Source: a phage. From it: a stretch of DNA of 64,000 nucleotides. How positions within the stretch are numbered: position 1 is the stretch's first letter; every line of letters starts with the position of its first letter. The position numbers and the translations under genes were made by a program. Location of the stretch: the sequence record PZ151149.1. One strand, written 5' to 3'. Positions 7,641 through 15,508 of this stretch are shown in pieces. A model generated the notes under the pieces. The model had not been told where the DNA came from. It saw only the letters and a program-made list of their open reading frames with translations, and searched no databases.

Positions 7641-8030
7641 TTATTTTGGATCTGGGTATTTGCTGTGTGGCAATTGTAGATGAGGACCATCTTTGAAACT
7701 AGACCAATCCCCACCCCATTCAACAGGAACACCCAATTCTCGACCAGCTTGTTTAAATGCATCAGCGATCATGCGGTAATATTTCATGTTCCATGTATCC
7801 TTATCTTTAGGATACGCTACAACGTCAACCGCGAAACCGTGAAGATGACGAGATTTCATAGTCTTAGATTTACCTTCCGCAACATATTTCTTTTGCGTTT
7901 CTAGACTACGCACACCTTCCGTAATACCAAAATCGACCGGAGTCAGTTCTAATGCACGATGAACGACTTTTACCAGGTCTGGATGTACACCAACAAGCCG
8001 ATCTTTGCTTCTTTGAGATAATTTAAACAT
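7641..8030 (-). CDS. endolysin, L-alanyl-D-glutamate peptidase (peptidase M15 family)
   Basis: SRHLHGFAVDV and WGGDW...GPHLQL zinc-peptidase motifs; 129 aa. Confidence 0.85.
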   Translation of the reverse strand: MFKLSQRSKDRLVGVHPDLVKVVHRALELTPVDFGITEGVRSLETQKKYVAEGKSKTMKSRHLHGFAVDVVAYPKDKDTWNMKYYRMIADAFKQAGRELGVPVEWGGDWSSFKDGPHLQLPHSKYPDPK

Positions 8031-8058
8031 TATTCACCCCCTTTGTGAGTGATAATAT

Positions 8059-8250
8059 TTAGATTCCTGTGATCCTGCATAGAGTTCTTGTATTAGCACC
8101 AATCAGGATCGCATTAACGGCAACCATTCCCCAATCAACCCACGGATTATTATAAATGCTAAATCCGTTTGCTAGGCCAAATACAAGCATTCCGGTACAC
8201 ATACTCAGAGCAATAATCAACATCACGGTAAAACCAAATGCAAATCTCAT
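8059..8250 (-). CDS. small membrane protein
   Basis: 63 aa, two hydrophobic helices. Confidence 0.45.
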   Translation of the reverse strand: MRFAFGFTVMLIIALSMCTGMLVFGLANGFSIYNNPWVDWGMVAVNAILIGANTRTLCRITGI

Positions 8251-8251
8251 A

Positions 8252-8467
8252 TTATTTTCCTTTTCTCTGTTTACGTTTATAAAAGTAATACATTACCTCA
8301 TCGCGTCCGGTGATCCAACATGCTAGGGCGGTAAACAGGTTTACAATTCCCAACACACCTACGGATGCGGCGCTGTCAACAGACATAGGAACAGTAAAGG
8401 CCATAACTAACATAGCAACGCCACAAATGACATTAAGCACCATTATAATAAGACCGAAGAAAACCAT
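8252..8467 (-). CDS. small membrane protein
   Basis: Hydrophobic ORF; start moved to internal Met to abut upstream gene. Confidence 0.45.
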   Translation of the reverse strand: MVFFGLIIMVLNVICGVAMLVMAFTVPMSVDSAASVGVLGIVNLFTALACWITGRDEVMYYFYKRKQRKGK

Positions 8468-8469
8468 TG

Positions 8470-8649
8470 TCAATCCTCCGACACAAGAAAACCAACAATC
8501 ACGCCAGTGATAAGACATGATGCACCGCTAATAAGACAACCCGCGCCAAGTGATTCCCACCATATAAGGGAAGCGACGATAACACAGAGTCCCCAGACTA
8601 CAGCAATCACAACATAGGCAATGGTCGCCCAAAACATATATTTGTTCAT
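8470..8649 (-). CDS. small membrane protein
   Basis: Hydrophobic ORF; ATGA start/stop overlap with upstream gene. Confidence 0.45.
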   Translation of the reverse strand: MNKYMFWATIAYVVIAVVWGLCVIVASLIWWESLGAGCLISGASCLITGVIVGFLVSED

Positions 8650-8834
8650 AATAAATCCCATTCACCAAACAAATAAGAAAAAAGCCATATCAACAGAAAC
8701 GAGGCGATTGATCCAGCAAGCAAAATGATATTAGAGAATCCGCCGTCTATCCAGCCAATCAAACAGAATACGCCAGTATAGAAGCACAACCCCAGCACAA
8801 AGCATACTATAATCAACCATAGATAAAACGCCAT
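8646..8834 (-). CDS. small membrane protein
   Basis: 62 aa hydrophobic ORF. Confidence 0.45.
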   Translation of the reverse strand: MAFYLWLIIVCFVLGLCFYTGVFCLIGWIDGGFSNIILLAGSIASFLLIWLFSYLFGEWDLL

Positions 8835-8895
8835 AGAAAGCCCTCCAGTTAGCTAATTTAGTGCGGGTAGTACATTCCCCTACCCGCTTTGTTAA

Positions 8896-9054
8896 TCAAC
8901 GTAGAGCTTGTTCTAAAGCGATTCCAAACCATCCGCAAACAACACCCATACAGACAGCGACAAGAAGACTCATTCTCTCTTTAGGGATCATTGCAATCAT
9001 AACAACAACCATACAGAAAGCCATTACCATTGCAGTTAACATTTGTTCAATCAT
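8896..9054 (-). CDS. small membrane protein (52 aa, below ORF-track cutoff)
   Basis: Manually translated MIEQMLTAMVMAFCMVVVMIAMIPKERMSLLVAVCMGVVCGWFGIALEQALR; fills gap between flanking genes. Confidence 0.35.
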   Translation of the reverse strand: MIEQMLTAMVMAFCMVVVMIAMIPKERMSLLVAVCMGVVCGWFGIALEQALR

Positions 9055-9056
9055 TA

Positions 9057-9377
9057 TCACACCTTCAAAGTCATAGACGCATAGACATTAATACCAGGCC
9101 AGTTAGGATCGCAATTATACTCAACATCCCATAGATAAAGCGGTTTAGATGTATCAGCCAGGTTTTTAAAATCTTCTACCCACATTTCAAGGCTATATGA
9201 AGGATAAACTAGGCTATCATACCCTCCGTAACGTTGGCCTACTGGTCGGTCAGTAAAGACTACCTCAAGATCCGGTAATTCTTTTTCTAGGATAACCGCC
9301 AGCGCATAAATCAGGCGGTCTTCCTTGTTACGCTGCCGTAGGACCGTTGTCAGTTGGTTCGTCTGGTTCACTAGCAA
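9057..9377 (-). CDS. hypothetical protein
   Basis: 106 aa ORF; 5' end overlaps 9328..9648 by 50 nt in another frame. Confidence 0.45.
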   Translation of the reverse strand: MLVNQTNQLTTVLRQRNKEDRLIYALAVILEKELPDLEVVFTDRPVGQRYGGYDSLVYPSYSLEMWVEDFKNLADTSKPLYLWDVEYNCDPNWPGINVYASMTLKV

Positions 9378-9648
9378 CTACCTCCACATTTTCACAGAAT
9401 GAAATTTTCACAGACACAATTTTACCATAAGTGAAGAATGAATATACATTATCGAGATATTCAACGTCACCTACAATCACATCAAACTGCGGATCAGCAA
9501 CTGCCGCAACATATTCTACCAGTTCATCAAGAGAATGCAACTTAATTTCATCAATTCGGCTGTATTTGGTTGCATCTTTGATCTTAAAACCACGTTCTTT
9601 CAGTTTATCGATCAGAATTTCGCGCGGAGTTTCAAACAGTTTACTCAT
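9328..9648 (-). CDS. hypothetical protein
   Basis: 106 aa ORF. Confidence 0.5.
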   Translation of the reverse strand: MSKLFETPREILIDKLKERGFKIKDATKYSRIDEIKLHSLDELVEYVAAVADPQFDVIVGDVEYLDNVYSFFTYGKIVSVKISFCENVEVVASEPDEPTDNGPTAA

Positions 9649-9666
9649 AATATAATCCTCACACAG

Positions 9667-9867
9667 TTAATCAGTATAGTCAATAATCTTGCACATTACA
9701 ATTGAAAGAACAAAGACCGCAACCCACATATAGATCCCAGCAATCAATGCTACTTCAATATCACAATATCCAAGAAGTACAACAGGAATAAAAACAAACA
9801 TACAGACCAGCGCAATGAAACTAGCATATACGCTCGAAAATATGATGGCACTATTATTAATTTTCAT
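9667..9867 (-). CDS. small membrane protein
   Basis: 66 aa, two hydrophobic helices. Confidence 0.5.
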   Translation of the reverse strand: MKINNSAIIFSSVYASFIALVCMFVFIPVVLLGYCDIEVALIAGIYMWVAVFVLSIVMCKIIDYTD

Positions 9868-9868
9868 A

Positions 9869-10051
9869 TTAACAATCCTCGCGGTTTAAGTCAACTATAA
9901 TTGCATACAGCATAATGAAAACACTAGCAGATCCTAGAATCAATGCACCGTCACATTTTGAAACGCGCTCATCAAAATGTAACATTATCCATCCGAGGAT
10001 GTTAAAGGCGCAGACCGCGCCTATGTTCGCTAACCAATTAATCTTTTTCAT
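9869..10051 (-). CDS. small membrane protein
   Basis: 60 aa hydrophobic ORF. Confidence 0.5.
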   Translation of the reverse strand: MKKINWLANIGAVCAFNILGWIMLHFDERVSKCDGALILGSASVFIMLYAIIVDLNREDC

Positions 10052-10059
10052 AATATACC

Positions 10060-10386
10060 TTAGAAAGAAACAGTTTTCAAGAAATCCAGATTTTCAGTAC
10101 CGAAAACAGAAAAGTAGTGTTTTCCTTTTTCGGTTTTAGAGAAAGCGATTGTCTTCTCTACATGGTGACGGAAGCCAGACAGACGATCACCCAGGTCAAG
10201 GCGGCAAGCGTAAGTAGTGCCGTTTTCGAAAGTAACCTCGATTTGAGTTTTGTCATATTCGCTTTCATAGGCTTTTGCTGCCGCGTCCTGTGCTTTACGC
10301 TCGAAGTCTTCGAAGTGGAATACTTCGTTTGCGTTAGCGAATACAGAAGATTCAGAGAAGATAACTTTAACAGATACTGGTTTCAT
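10060..10386 (-). CDS. hypothetical protein
   Basis: 108 aa ORF with AAGGAG RBS, directly downstream of early promoter 10422..10462. Confidence 0.6.
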   Translation of the reverse strand: MKPVSVKVIFSESSVFANANEVFHFEDFERKAQDAAAKAYESEYDKTQIEVTFENGTTYACRLDLGDRLSGFRHHVEKTIAFSKTEKGKHYFSVFGTENLDFLKTVSF

Positions 10387-10421
10387 TTTGATACTCCTTA
10401 GTAGTTCGTGTTTCGTTTCGA

Positions 10422-10462
10422 TGGGTGTATTATGATATACACCCTATCGTGTGTCAACAACT
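10422..10462 (-). promoter_or_regulatory. early sigma70-type promoter (TTGACA-17-CATAAT) with conserved leader
   Basis: -35 at 10452..10457, -10 at 10429..10434 (reverse complement); palindrome GGGTGTATA..TATACACCC over -10; leader ATCGAAACGAAACAC. Confidence 0.55.
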
Positions 10463-10465
10463 TTT

Positions 10466-10654
10466 TTAGTCTTTTTTCATAATTTCTAGGGCAGTTTCTA
10501 CCGCACCTTTCCAACCTTCCCACATAATGGACATAGTGATGAAGGTAAAGCACCCGCAGGAATCAGCCTTTTTAGAAATAAACCATTCTACAAACTCTTC
10601 GCTCATACCATGCTCTTTAGCGGATTCGCGTAATTGTTCAATTTTGTCTTCCAT
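10466..10654 (-). CDS. hypothetical protein
   Basis: 62 aa ORF. Confidence 0.5.
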   Translation of the reverse strand: MEDKIEQLRESAKEHGMSEEFVEWFISKKADSCGCFTFITMSIMWEGWKGAVETALEIMKKD

Positions 10655-10663
10655 AGTATCACC

Positions 10664-10852
10664 TCAACACTTAACGTTATTCAATCGATTTTGAAAGTAC
10701 ATATAACAAGCATAGTTCTGTTTTGGTTGTACCGTATCAGATAGACACGCTTTTACAGCCTCGCGGTCCGATGGATCTACACCCTCAGCTTTAAGTAATG
10801 CTAAAATCTGGTTATAGCGTACTCTTAGTTGTACTAATGGTTTCTCCCCCAT
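10664..10852 (-). CDS. hypothetical protein
   Basis: 62 aa ORF. Confidence 0.5.
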   Translation of the reverse strand: MGEKPLVQLRVRYNQILALLKAEGVDPSDREAVKACLSDTVQPKQNYACYMYFQNRLNNVKC

Positions 10853-10863
10853 AATATACCCTC

Positions 10864-11091
10864 TTACAGTTGATCAGCAATGTATGCGGTGCATTTGCGG
10901 AGTTTAGCCATAGCACCACCTTTCATGTCGCTTGCGCCTACAATGTTCATGATCTCTAAGCGATCAGCCGGATTCAGTCTAGTAGCCCAGATCTGGTTAG
11001 CCAGTTCCATTTTACCCATCTGCGGTTCCATCTCAAACAGTTCACGCTCAAAGTCGATAATTTCTTTTGCTGCGTCTTTAAAGTTAATCAT
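10864..11091 (-). CDS. hypothetical protein
   Basis: 75 aa ORF with GGGAGA RBS downstream of promoter 11114..11154. Confidence 0.55.
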   Translation of the reverse strand: MINFKDAAKEIIDFERELFEMEPQMGKMELANQIWATRLNPADRLEIMNIVGASDMKGGAMAKLRKCTAYIADQL

Positions 11092-11113
11092 TTTGATTCT
11101 CCCGTTTCGTTGA

Positions 11114-11154
11114 TGGTTGTATTGTAGGGGAGTTATCCTCCCCTGTCAACACTT
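11114..11154 (-). promoter_or_regulatory. early sigma70-type promoter (TTGACA-17-TACAAT)
   Basis: -35 at 11144..11149, -10 at 11121..11126; palindrome AGGGGAG..CTCCCCT adjacent. Confidence 0.45.
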
Positions 11155-11157
11155 TTA

Positions 11158-11343
11158 TCAGAAATATGCAATATAGTTTGCCAGTCCTACAGAGTCATCA
11201 TTCGGCATTGCTTTTACTGCCAGTTCAAACCCTGCTTCAACTTTCTGTTTAGCGGATTCTTCGTTATAACCCCAAATTACCAGAATAGCTACTACGTTTT
11301 CTTTGCTTACTGCTTTCAGTGCTTTAGTGATGCGACGTGCCAT
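11158..11343 (-). CDS. hypothetical protein
   Basis: 61 aa ORF downstream of promoter 11383..11423. Confidence 0.55.
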   Translation of the reverse strand: MARRITKALKAVSKENVVAILVIWGYNEESAKQKVEAGFELAVKAMPNDDSVGLANYIAYF

Positions 11344-11382
11344 AATTTGATTCTCCGTTTAAGAAAGTGTGTTTCGTTTCGA

Positions 11383-11423
11383 TGGGTGTATTATGCTATA
11401 GGCGGGGTCTGGTGTCAACAACT
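11383..11423 (-). promoter_or_regulatory. early sigma70-type promoter (TTGACA-17-CATAAT) with conserved leader
   Basis: -35 at 11413..11418, -10 at 11390..11395; leader ATCGAAACGAAACAC. Confidence 0.55.
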
Positions 11424-11448
11424 TTTTTCAAAAAAATTTAGGCAATAA

Positions 11449-11476
11449 AAAAGCCACTCCGAAGAGTGGCTTATAG
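11449..11476 (-). terminator. intrinsic terminator
   Basis: GCCACTC-TTCG-GAGTGGC hairpin followed by T6 on minus strand. Confidence 0.6.
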
Positions 11477-11621
11477 GGGAAGGTAGCGAATCTTCCTTGT
11501 CTCCAACCTGCTAGCGGCCTAGCAAGTGAATGCTTTAGCGTACCGGATCACCCCATACGCTGCAATAAATGCGGCTAGGTGACGTCCAAATCATTCTAAC
11601 CGCGCTGTCTTTAGTTCACTA

Positions 11622-11840
11622 TTATTTATATCGCTTTCTCTCGCGACGTTTTTGATCTTCTTCCTTGATAGAGTTAAATGCATCAAAAAGACACATGACA
11701 CTGATCAGGAACATAACCGTATTTTCTACGATATCCCACGGCTTCGCATCAGTACAGATCCCCCAAACGGTAAGAAATGCAAATAGTGCAGAAGAGATCA
11801 CAAGCATGATACTTGCTAAGATATAAAAAGTCATCTTCAT
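11622..11840 (-). CDS. small membrane protein
   Basis: 72 aa, hydrophobic N-half, basic C-terminus. Confidence 0.5.
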   Translation of the reverse strand: MKMTFYILASIMLVISSALFAFLTVWGICTDAKPWDIVENTVMFLISVMCLFDAFNSIKEEDQKRRERKRYK

Positions 11841-12019
11841 GGTTTTACCTCAATTCTTCGATATTCATCACACATCCACGCAGTAAGCAAGAATCCCAAC
11901 ACATAAGCAACAAAATACGTTAATGCTTCTTCTGGTTCCGTGCTATGTGTCATCAGTAAACCAGCGAGAACAGTCTTAATAATTACATTTAAAATAATTA
12001 GCCACGCAAATAGTTTCAT
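11837..12019 (-). CDS. small membrane protein
   Basis: 60 aa hydrophobic; ATGA overlap with neighbour. Confidence 0.5.
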   Translation of the reverse strand: MKLFAWLIILNVIIKTVLAGLLMTHSTEPEEALTYFVAYVLGFLLTAWMCDEYRRIEVKP

Positions 12020-12255
12020 CGTTTGCCCAATTTCGGCCGAGTCTTTTCAAACTTATACATTCCGTAACAATCTCGAATCATCCACGTAACAAGAGCACCA
12101 GTCAACACCGACAACACACAGAAGAAGTAAAACGGTCCGGTTGCATTATCAACATGAGCAAGCCATGTAAAGAAAACACATGCTAAGAATGTAAAGAACA
12201 TCATAAAGCACAAGAAAGCGAAATATTTTATACTACTCATAGAGCCACCATACAA
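12016..12255 (-). CDS. small membrane protein
   Basis: 79 aa hydrophobic; alternative start at 12240. Confidence 0.5.
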   Translation of the reverse strand: MYGGSMSSIKYFAFLCFMMFFTFLACVFFTWLAHVDNATGPFYFFCVLSVLTGALVTWMIRDCYGMYKFEKTRPKLGKR

Positions 12256-12343
12256 CAGATCATAAGAAAACCCAACGCAATAAGAATTGCATCAAATTTA
12301 GTGAACTCAGGTCCACCTATCAACATCATTCGTTCCTGTTCAG

Positions 12344-12541
12344 TCATAGATCACAGATCCATCTAACAACACCACATACAGCGATCAGGAGTGTAGGACC
12401 ACTTGAGAAGAAAACCAATGTACAAAAATCATCTAGTGTAATACCGGAATAACTACCGACTGCAATCACACCGATGATCAGACACAGAAAGAAAACAAAT
12501 GCAATCAGAAACAAAGTATTACTAAACAGTTTAGTGATCAT
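12344..12541 (-). CDS. small membrane protein
   Basis: Hydrophobic ORF, start at internal Met of ORF 12344..12586. Confidence 0.4.
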   Translation of the reverse strand: MITKLFSNTLFLIAFVFFLCLIIGVIAVGSYSGITLDDFCTLVFFSSGPTLLIAVCGVVRWICDL

Positions 12542-12734
12542 TAGACACCCCACGACGGTCAATTTCAAAAACTTTCTTATCACCAACGAAGCATGTCACA
12601 ACTGCCTCGTTGACTTCCGCAAATTGTTGTGTTACCCACTTAAGGTCAGATCGAAACAATGTTTTGTTAATAACAAATGTTTTACCGATCTTATCCTTAC
12701 CCATAAATTTTGCGTTAACCATATCCAATTCCAT
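12531..12734 (-). CDS. hypothetical protein
   Basis: 67 aa soluble ORF. Confidence 0.45.
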   Translation of the reverse strand: MELDMVNAKFMGKDKIGKTFVINKTLFRSDLKWVTQQFAEVNEAVVTCFVGDKKVFEIDRRGVSNDH

Positions 12735-12743
12735 ATTATAGCC

Positions 12744-12902
12744 TTATTTGCTAATCGCTAAACCTAATCCGAAGAGAGCACCCGACGCTACAGTATACCC
12801 GAAAGTTTCAAATGCAGTAAAGATATCTAAGCCACCAGCTAACAGAGTTGCAGTAAACAGAGTACCAGCTACGAACATAAAAGTTTTACCGATAAATTTC
12901 AT
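12744..12902 (-). CDS. small membrane protein (52 aa, below ORF-track cutoff)
   Basis: Manually translated MKFIGKTFMFVAGTLFTATLLAGGLDIFTAFETFGYTVASGALFGLGLAISK; AAAGGAGA RBS; downstream of promoter 12927..12967. Confidence 0.4.
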   Translation of the reverse strand: MKFIGKTFMFVAGTLFTATLLAGGLDIFTAFETFGYTVASGALFGLGLAISK

Positions 12903-12926
12903 CTTGATTCTCCTTTCGTTTGTTTG

Positions 12927-12967
12927 TGGGGGTATCTTACTACCCCCGTTTCATGTTGTCAACTGTT
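12927..12967 (-). promoter_or_regulatory. early sigma70-type promoter (TTGACA-17-TAAGAT)
   Basis: -35 at 12957..12962; -10 weaker; same GGGGGTA..TACCCCC palindrome as at 4761..4777. Confidence 0.4.
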
Positions 12968-12968
12968 T

Positions 12969-13346
12969 TTAAGAAAATTTTACTTCGTCTACAATGTCTT
13001 TCATGACATTGATTTCCATTCCGGTCAGAACACGTTGGAACATGTGCTGCACATACGCTTTCAGGTATTCATTTGATGGCTTACTATCGAAAGTCTTTTT
13101 AGTGTAGTAGTCATCACCGAAAGCTACTGTAATTACATTTTCGTCGTCGTTCCAAGCGATATAAGCAAATTTGCCGTTATCCCAGAAGCGAGCACTAATT
13201 GCTACTTTTGTTGAATCGAATCCTACTTCGCTGTGAGATTCAAGAACTACTTGCGTACCAGTTTCTTTATGAATGTAGTAGCGGGATACTAAGTCAAAGT
13301 TACGGGTGTAGTGACATTCGAATTTATCTTTAAACATCATCATCAT
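12969..13346 (-). CDS. hypothetical protein
   Basis: Start at MMMMFKDKF with AGGAGA RBS; upstream part of track ORF overlaps the promoter. Confidence 0.6.
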   Translation of the reverse strand: MMMMFKDKFECHYTRNFDLVSRYYIHKETGTQVVLESHSEVGFDSTKVAISARFWDNGKFAYIAWNDDENVITVAFGDDYYTKKTFDSKPSNEYLKAYVQHMFQRVLTGMEINVMKDIVDEVKFS

Positions 13347-13376
13347 TTTGATTCTCCTAAGTGTGTTTCGTTTCGA

Positions 13377-13417
13377 TATGTGCATTATGCTATAGTCGTT
13401 TATGGTTGTCAACAACT
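13377..13417 (-). promoter_or_regulatory. early sigma70-type promoter (TTGACA-17-CATAAT) with conserved leader
   Basis: -35 at 13407..13412, -10 at 13384..13389; leader ATCGAAACGAAACAC then AGGAGA and ATG. Confidence 0.55.
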
Positions 13418-13423
13418 AAAAAC

Positions 13424-13452
13424 AAAAAACCCCGAAAAATTTTCGGGGTATA
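13424..13452 (-). terminator. intrinsic terminator
   Basis: CCCCGAAAA-TTTTCGGGG hairpin followed by T6 on minus strand, right after 13456 stop. Confidence 0.6.
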
Positions 13453-13455
13453 AAA

Positions 13456-13926
13456 TTACAGTTTGGTCGTCCACTCCAGGTCTAGATCTTCGACATACTC
13501 ATGAGATCGGACAATCTCTAAATCGAACTCTAGGTCAGTGCCAAATTTACGCGCACCAACATCATAAGAAAGCGTGATATGCGGTACATATTCAGGATAA
13601 TCCCACGTCGCACCTAAAGCAGTGCCGATATCGTGTCTGAATTGCATGTAGTCGCTTTCAAATGCCAACACAAGTGCATTAGTACCGGATTGAGTTTCAA
13701 ACACTTTCAAATGGCATAGAGAGCCTAAGAACTTCTCCCCTTCTTCTGGGATAAACGGAACATAAACACGAGAATATAAGATAGTGCTATGCAGTTTATC
13801 ACGAGTAACGGCATTAGGCAGATCGTAGAACTCCTGCAATTTTTCAATGCGGTCTAGTGTATCCTCAGTGAATTTAACCGCCGCATATGTACCTTTAACG
13901 GATTCTCGAAACGGGGTCATAATCAA
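13456..13926 (-). CDS. 57B: 2H-phosphoesterase-like protein (T4 57B position)
   Basis: Two H-x-T/S motifs (HSTIL, HITLS) typical of LigT/2H phosphoesterases; gene order matches T4 57B-57A-1. Confidence 0.55.
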   Translation of the reverse strand: MIMTPFRESVKGTYAAVKFTEDTLDRIEKLQEFYDLPNAVTRDKLHSTILYSRVYVPFIPEEGEKFLGSLCHLKVFETQSGTNALVLAFESDYMQFRHDIGTALGATWDYPEYVPHITLSYDVGARKFGTDLEFDLEIVRSHEYVEDLDLEWTTKL

Positions 13927-14189
13927 GCCTCCGTGATCAGTTCTACTTCCTCTTTAGCGTCTTCTGCTGCTTCGTCTTTAGGGAGAAGTTCTTTTACTTC
14001 TTCGACAATAGCATCAAGGGAAACAGTGCCATTTTCATCTGGCTGAATACCCAGAATGCGTACCAGTTCCATCAAGACACGCTCACGATCTTTCAGTTGG
14101 CCTTCTAAGAATGCGGCTTTTTCTTGAGTGTCGAACAGACGTACTTTCAGGACATTAATCATTTGTTCATGCTGATTGGACATATTCAC
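13923..14189 (-). CDS. small acidic coiled-coil protein (T4 57A position; possible tail-fiber chaperone)
   Basis: 88 aa helical/acidic ORF; assignment is positional only. Confidence 0.4.
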   Translation of the reverse strand: MNMSNQHEQMINVLKVRLFDTQEKAAFLEGQLKDRERVLMELVRILGIQPDENGTVSLDAIVEEVKELLPKDEAAEDAKEEVELITEA

Positions 14190-14215
14190 ATCTCCTACTT
14201 GTTGATAACTTTTTA

Positions 14216-14872
14216 TTAAATGTTCGCGAGAATCGCGCTTTCAAATTCTTCTAATGTACCATTATTTATGATAATGGTTTCACCGTCAATAGGCAAAATT
14301 CCTTTTTCGGTGGAGTGAGTCGATACAATACCGGTATCACGCTGAATATGCAACACCTTAGCACGCATAGCACGCATGAGAGCAATTTCAATAGGCTGAC
14401 GCACATCAACTACTACAAAATACCCTTCTTCACTTTTGCGCTTCATAAACTCATTCACGAAGAGATTACACCAATAAAGCGGATTAATCAAGTTAACCAT
14501 TATCTCAGTACCGAGAGTGGTTAACATAAGACGAATAGACCAGACGTTATTATGTTTTTCGCCGATCTCATTAACGACCTTGTAAATCTCAGCCAGACTA
14601 TCACAAGTAAAGGAACTACCGCCATACTTCGAATCTAGCATAAGCAGACACTGAATAAACCACTTATGCGCGGTATAGGTATCAATACCTAGATCGGCTT
14701 CTCTGTCACGCCCCAACCCGTCAAAGTCAAGATAAGTCAGACCTAAGTCTGGTTGGCATTCGCATAAGATTTCTTTGATCGGTGCTGCCAGTTGATAACT
14801 GTGTCCATCAATGATTAACGCGGCAGTGTCTTTTCCTACGCGCTTTTTACCACAAAGTGCAATCAATTTCAT
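14216..14872 (-). CDS. 1: deoxynucleoside monophosphate kinase (T4 gene 1-like)
   Basis: P-loop GKKRVGKDT and recalled similarity to T4 gp1. Confidence 0.8.
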   Translation of the reverse strand: MKLIALCGKKRVGKDTAALIIDGHSYQLAAPIKEILCECQPDLGLTYLDFDGLGRDREADLGIDTYTAHKWFIQCLLMLDSKYGGSSFTCDSLAEIYKVVNEIGEKHNNVWSIRLMLTTLGTEIMVNLINPLYWCNLFVNEFMKRKSEEGYFVVVDVRQPIEIALMRAMRAKVLHIQRDTGIVSTHSTEKGILPIDGETIIINNGTLEEFESAILANI

Positions 14873-14887
14873 AATATAAGCCTCTTG

Positions 14888-15478
14888 TTACTTTCTAAAT
14901 GCAGGGTGCATAGCTTTAATACCTTCCACTCGCTGACGATCCGCCGCCTGAATTGCTGGGCGAGGAACGATCAGTTGACCATCACGTTCAATGCTCATTG
15001 TTTTAAATGGAAGAATTGCAGTACACACCAGAGATTCATGCATGTCATCGGTGTATGTTAACTCAAGTTCCCCCAATTGTGAACACCAACAACCATAAAA
15101 GTTAAAGGTGCATACAATGTTACGGCGTTCATTGTCCAGCATGTGAACTTGAACGGCTTCCGGCATTGAATCCTTCCACGCGGTGGAGTTACCGTTATTG
15201 TAGTCTACTATAGAAAGCATCCATGTGTAAAGGTTTAGATAGCTTTCCAAATGCTCATCGACAATAAACCGGACTACCAACGGGTCAAACTCTACATGAC
15301 TGGAAGGATAATCAGCGACCGCCAAACCATATTGACCAGCAACTTGTTTAGTCGGTGGAATGGTTATAGCCGGAAGTGTAACACCTTGACAGTTTAAAGT
15401 AAAGCCTTTTGTTAGTTGACCATCTGGAATGGCAATCTGCCAGTTGCTAGGGTTAGCATAGTTAAAGAGATTGGACAT
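14888..15478 (-). CDS. structural protein at T4 gene 3 position (tail completion/sheath stabiliser-like)
   Basis: 196 aa ORF; positional inference from T4 order 1-3-2-4. Confidence 0.45.
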   Translation of the reverse strand: MSNLFNYANPSNWQIAIPDGQLTKGFTLNCQGVTLPAITIPPTKQVAGQYGLAVADYPSSHVEFDPLVVRFIVDEHLESYLNLYTWMLSIVDYNNGNSTAWKDSMPEAVQVHMLDNERRNIVCTFNFYGCWCSQLGELELTYTDDMHESLVCTAILPFKTMSIERDGQLIVPRPAIQAADRQRVEGIKAMHPAFRK

Positions 15479-15508
15479 TACGATTCCTTAAATGAAAATA
15501 TTTATCAA

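Noticed and set aside
12748-12972. 74-aa plus-strand ORF
   Set aside because: Overlaps a better-supported minus-strand small membrane gene (12744..12902) and a minus-strand promoter; no RBS.
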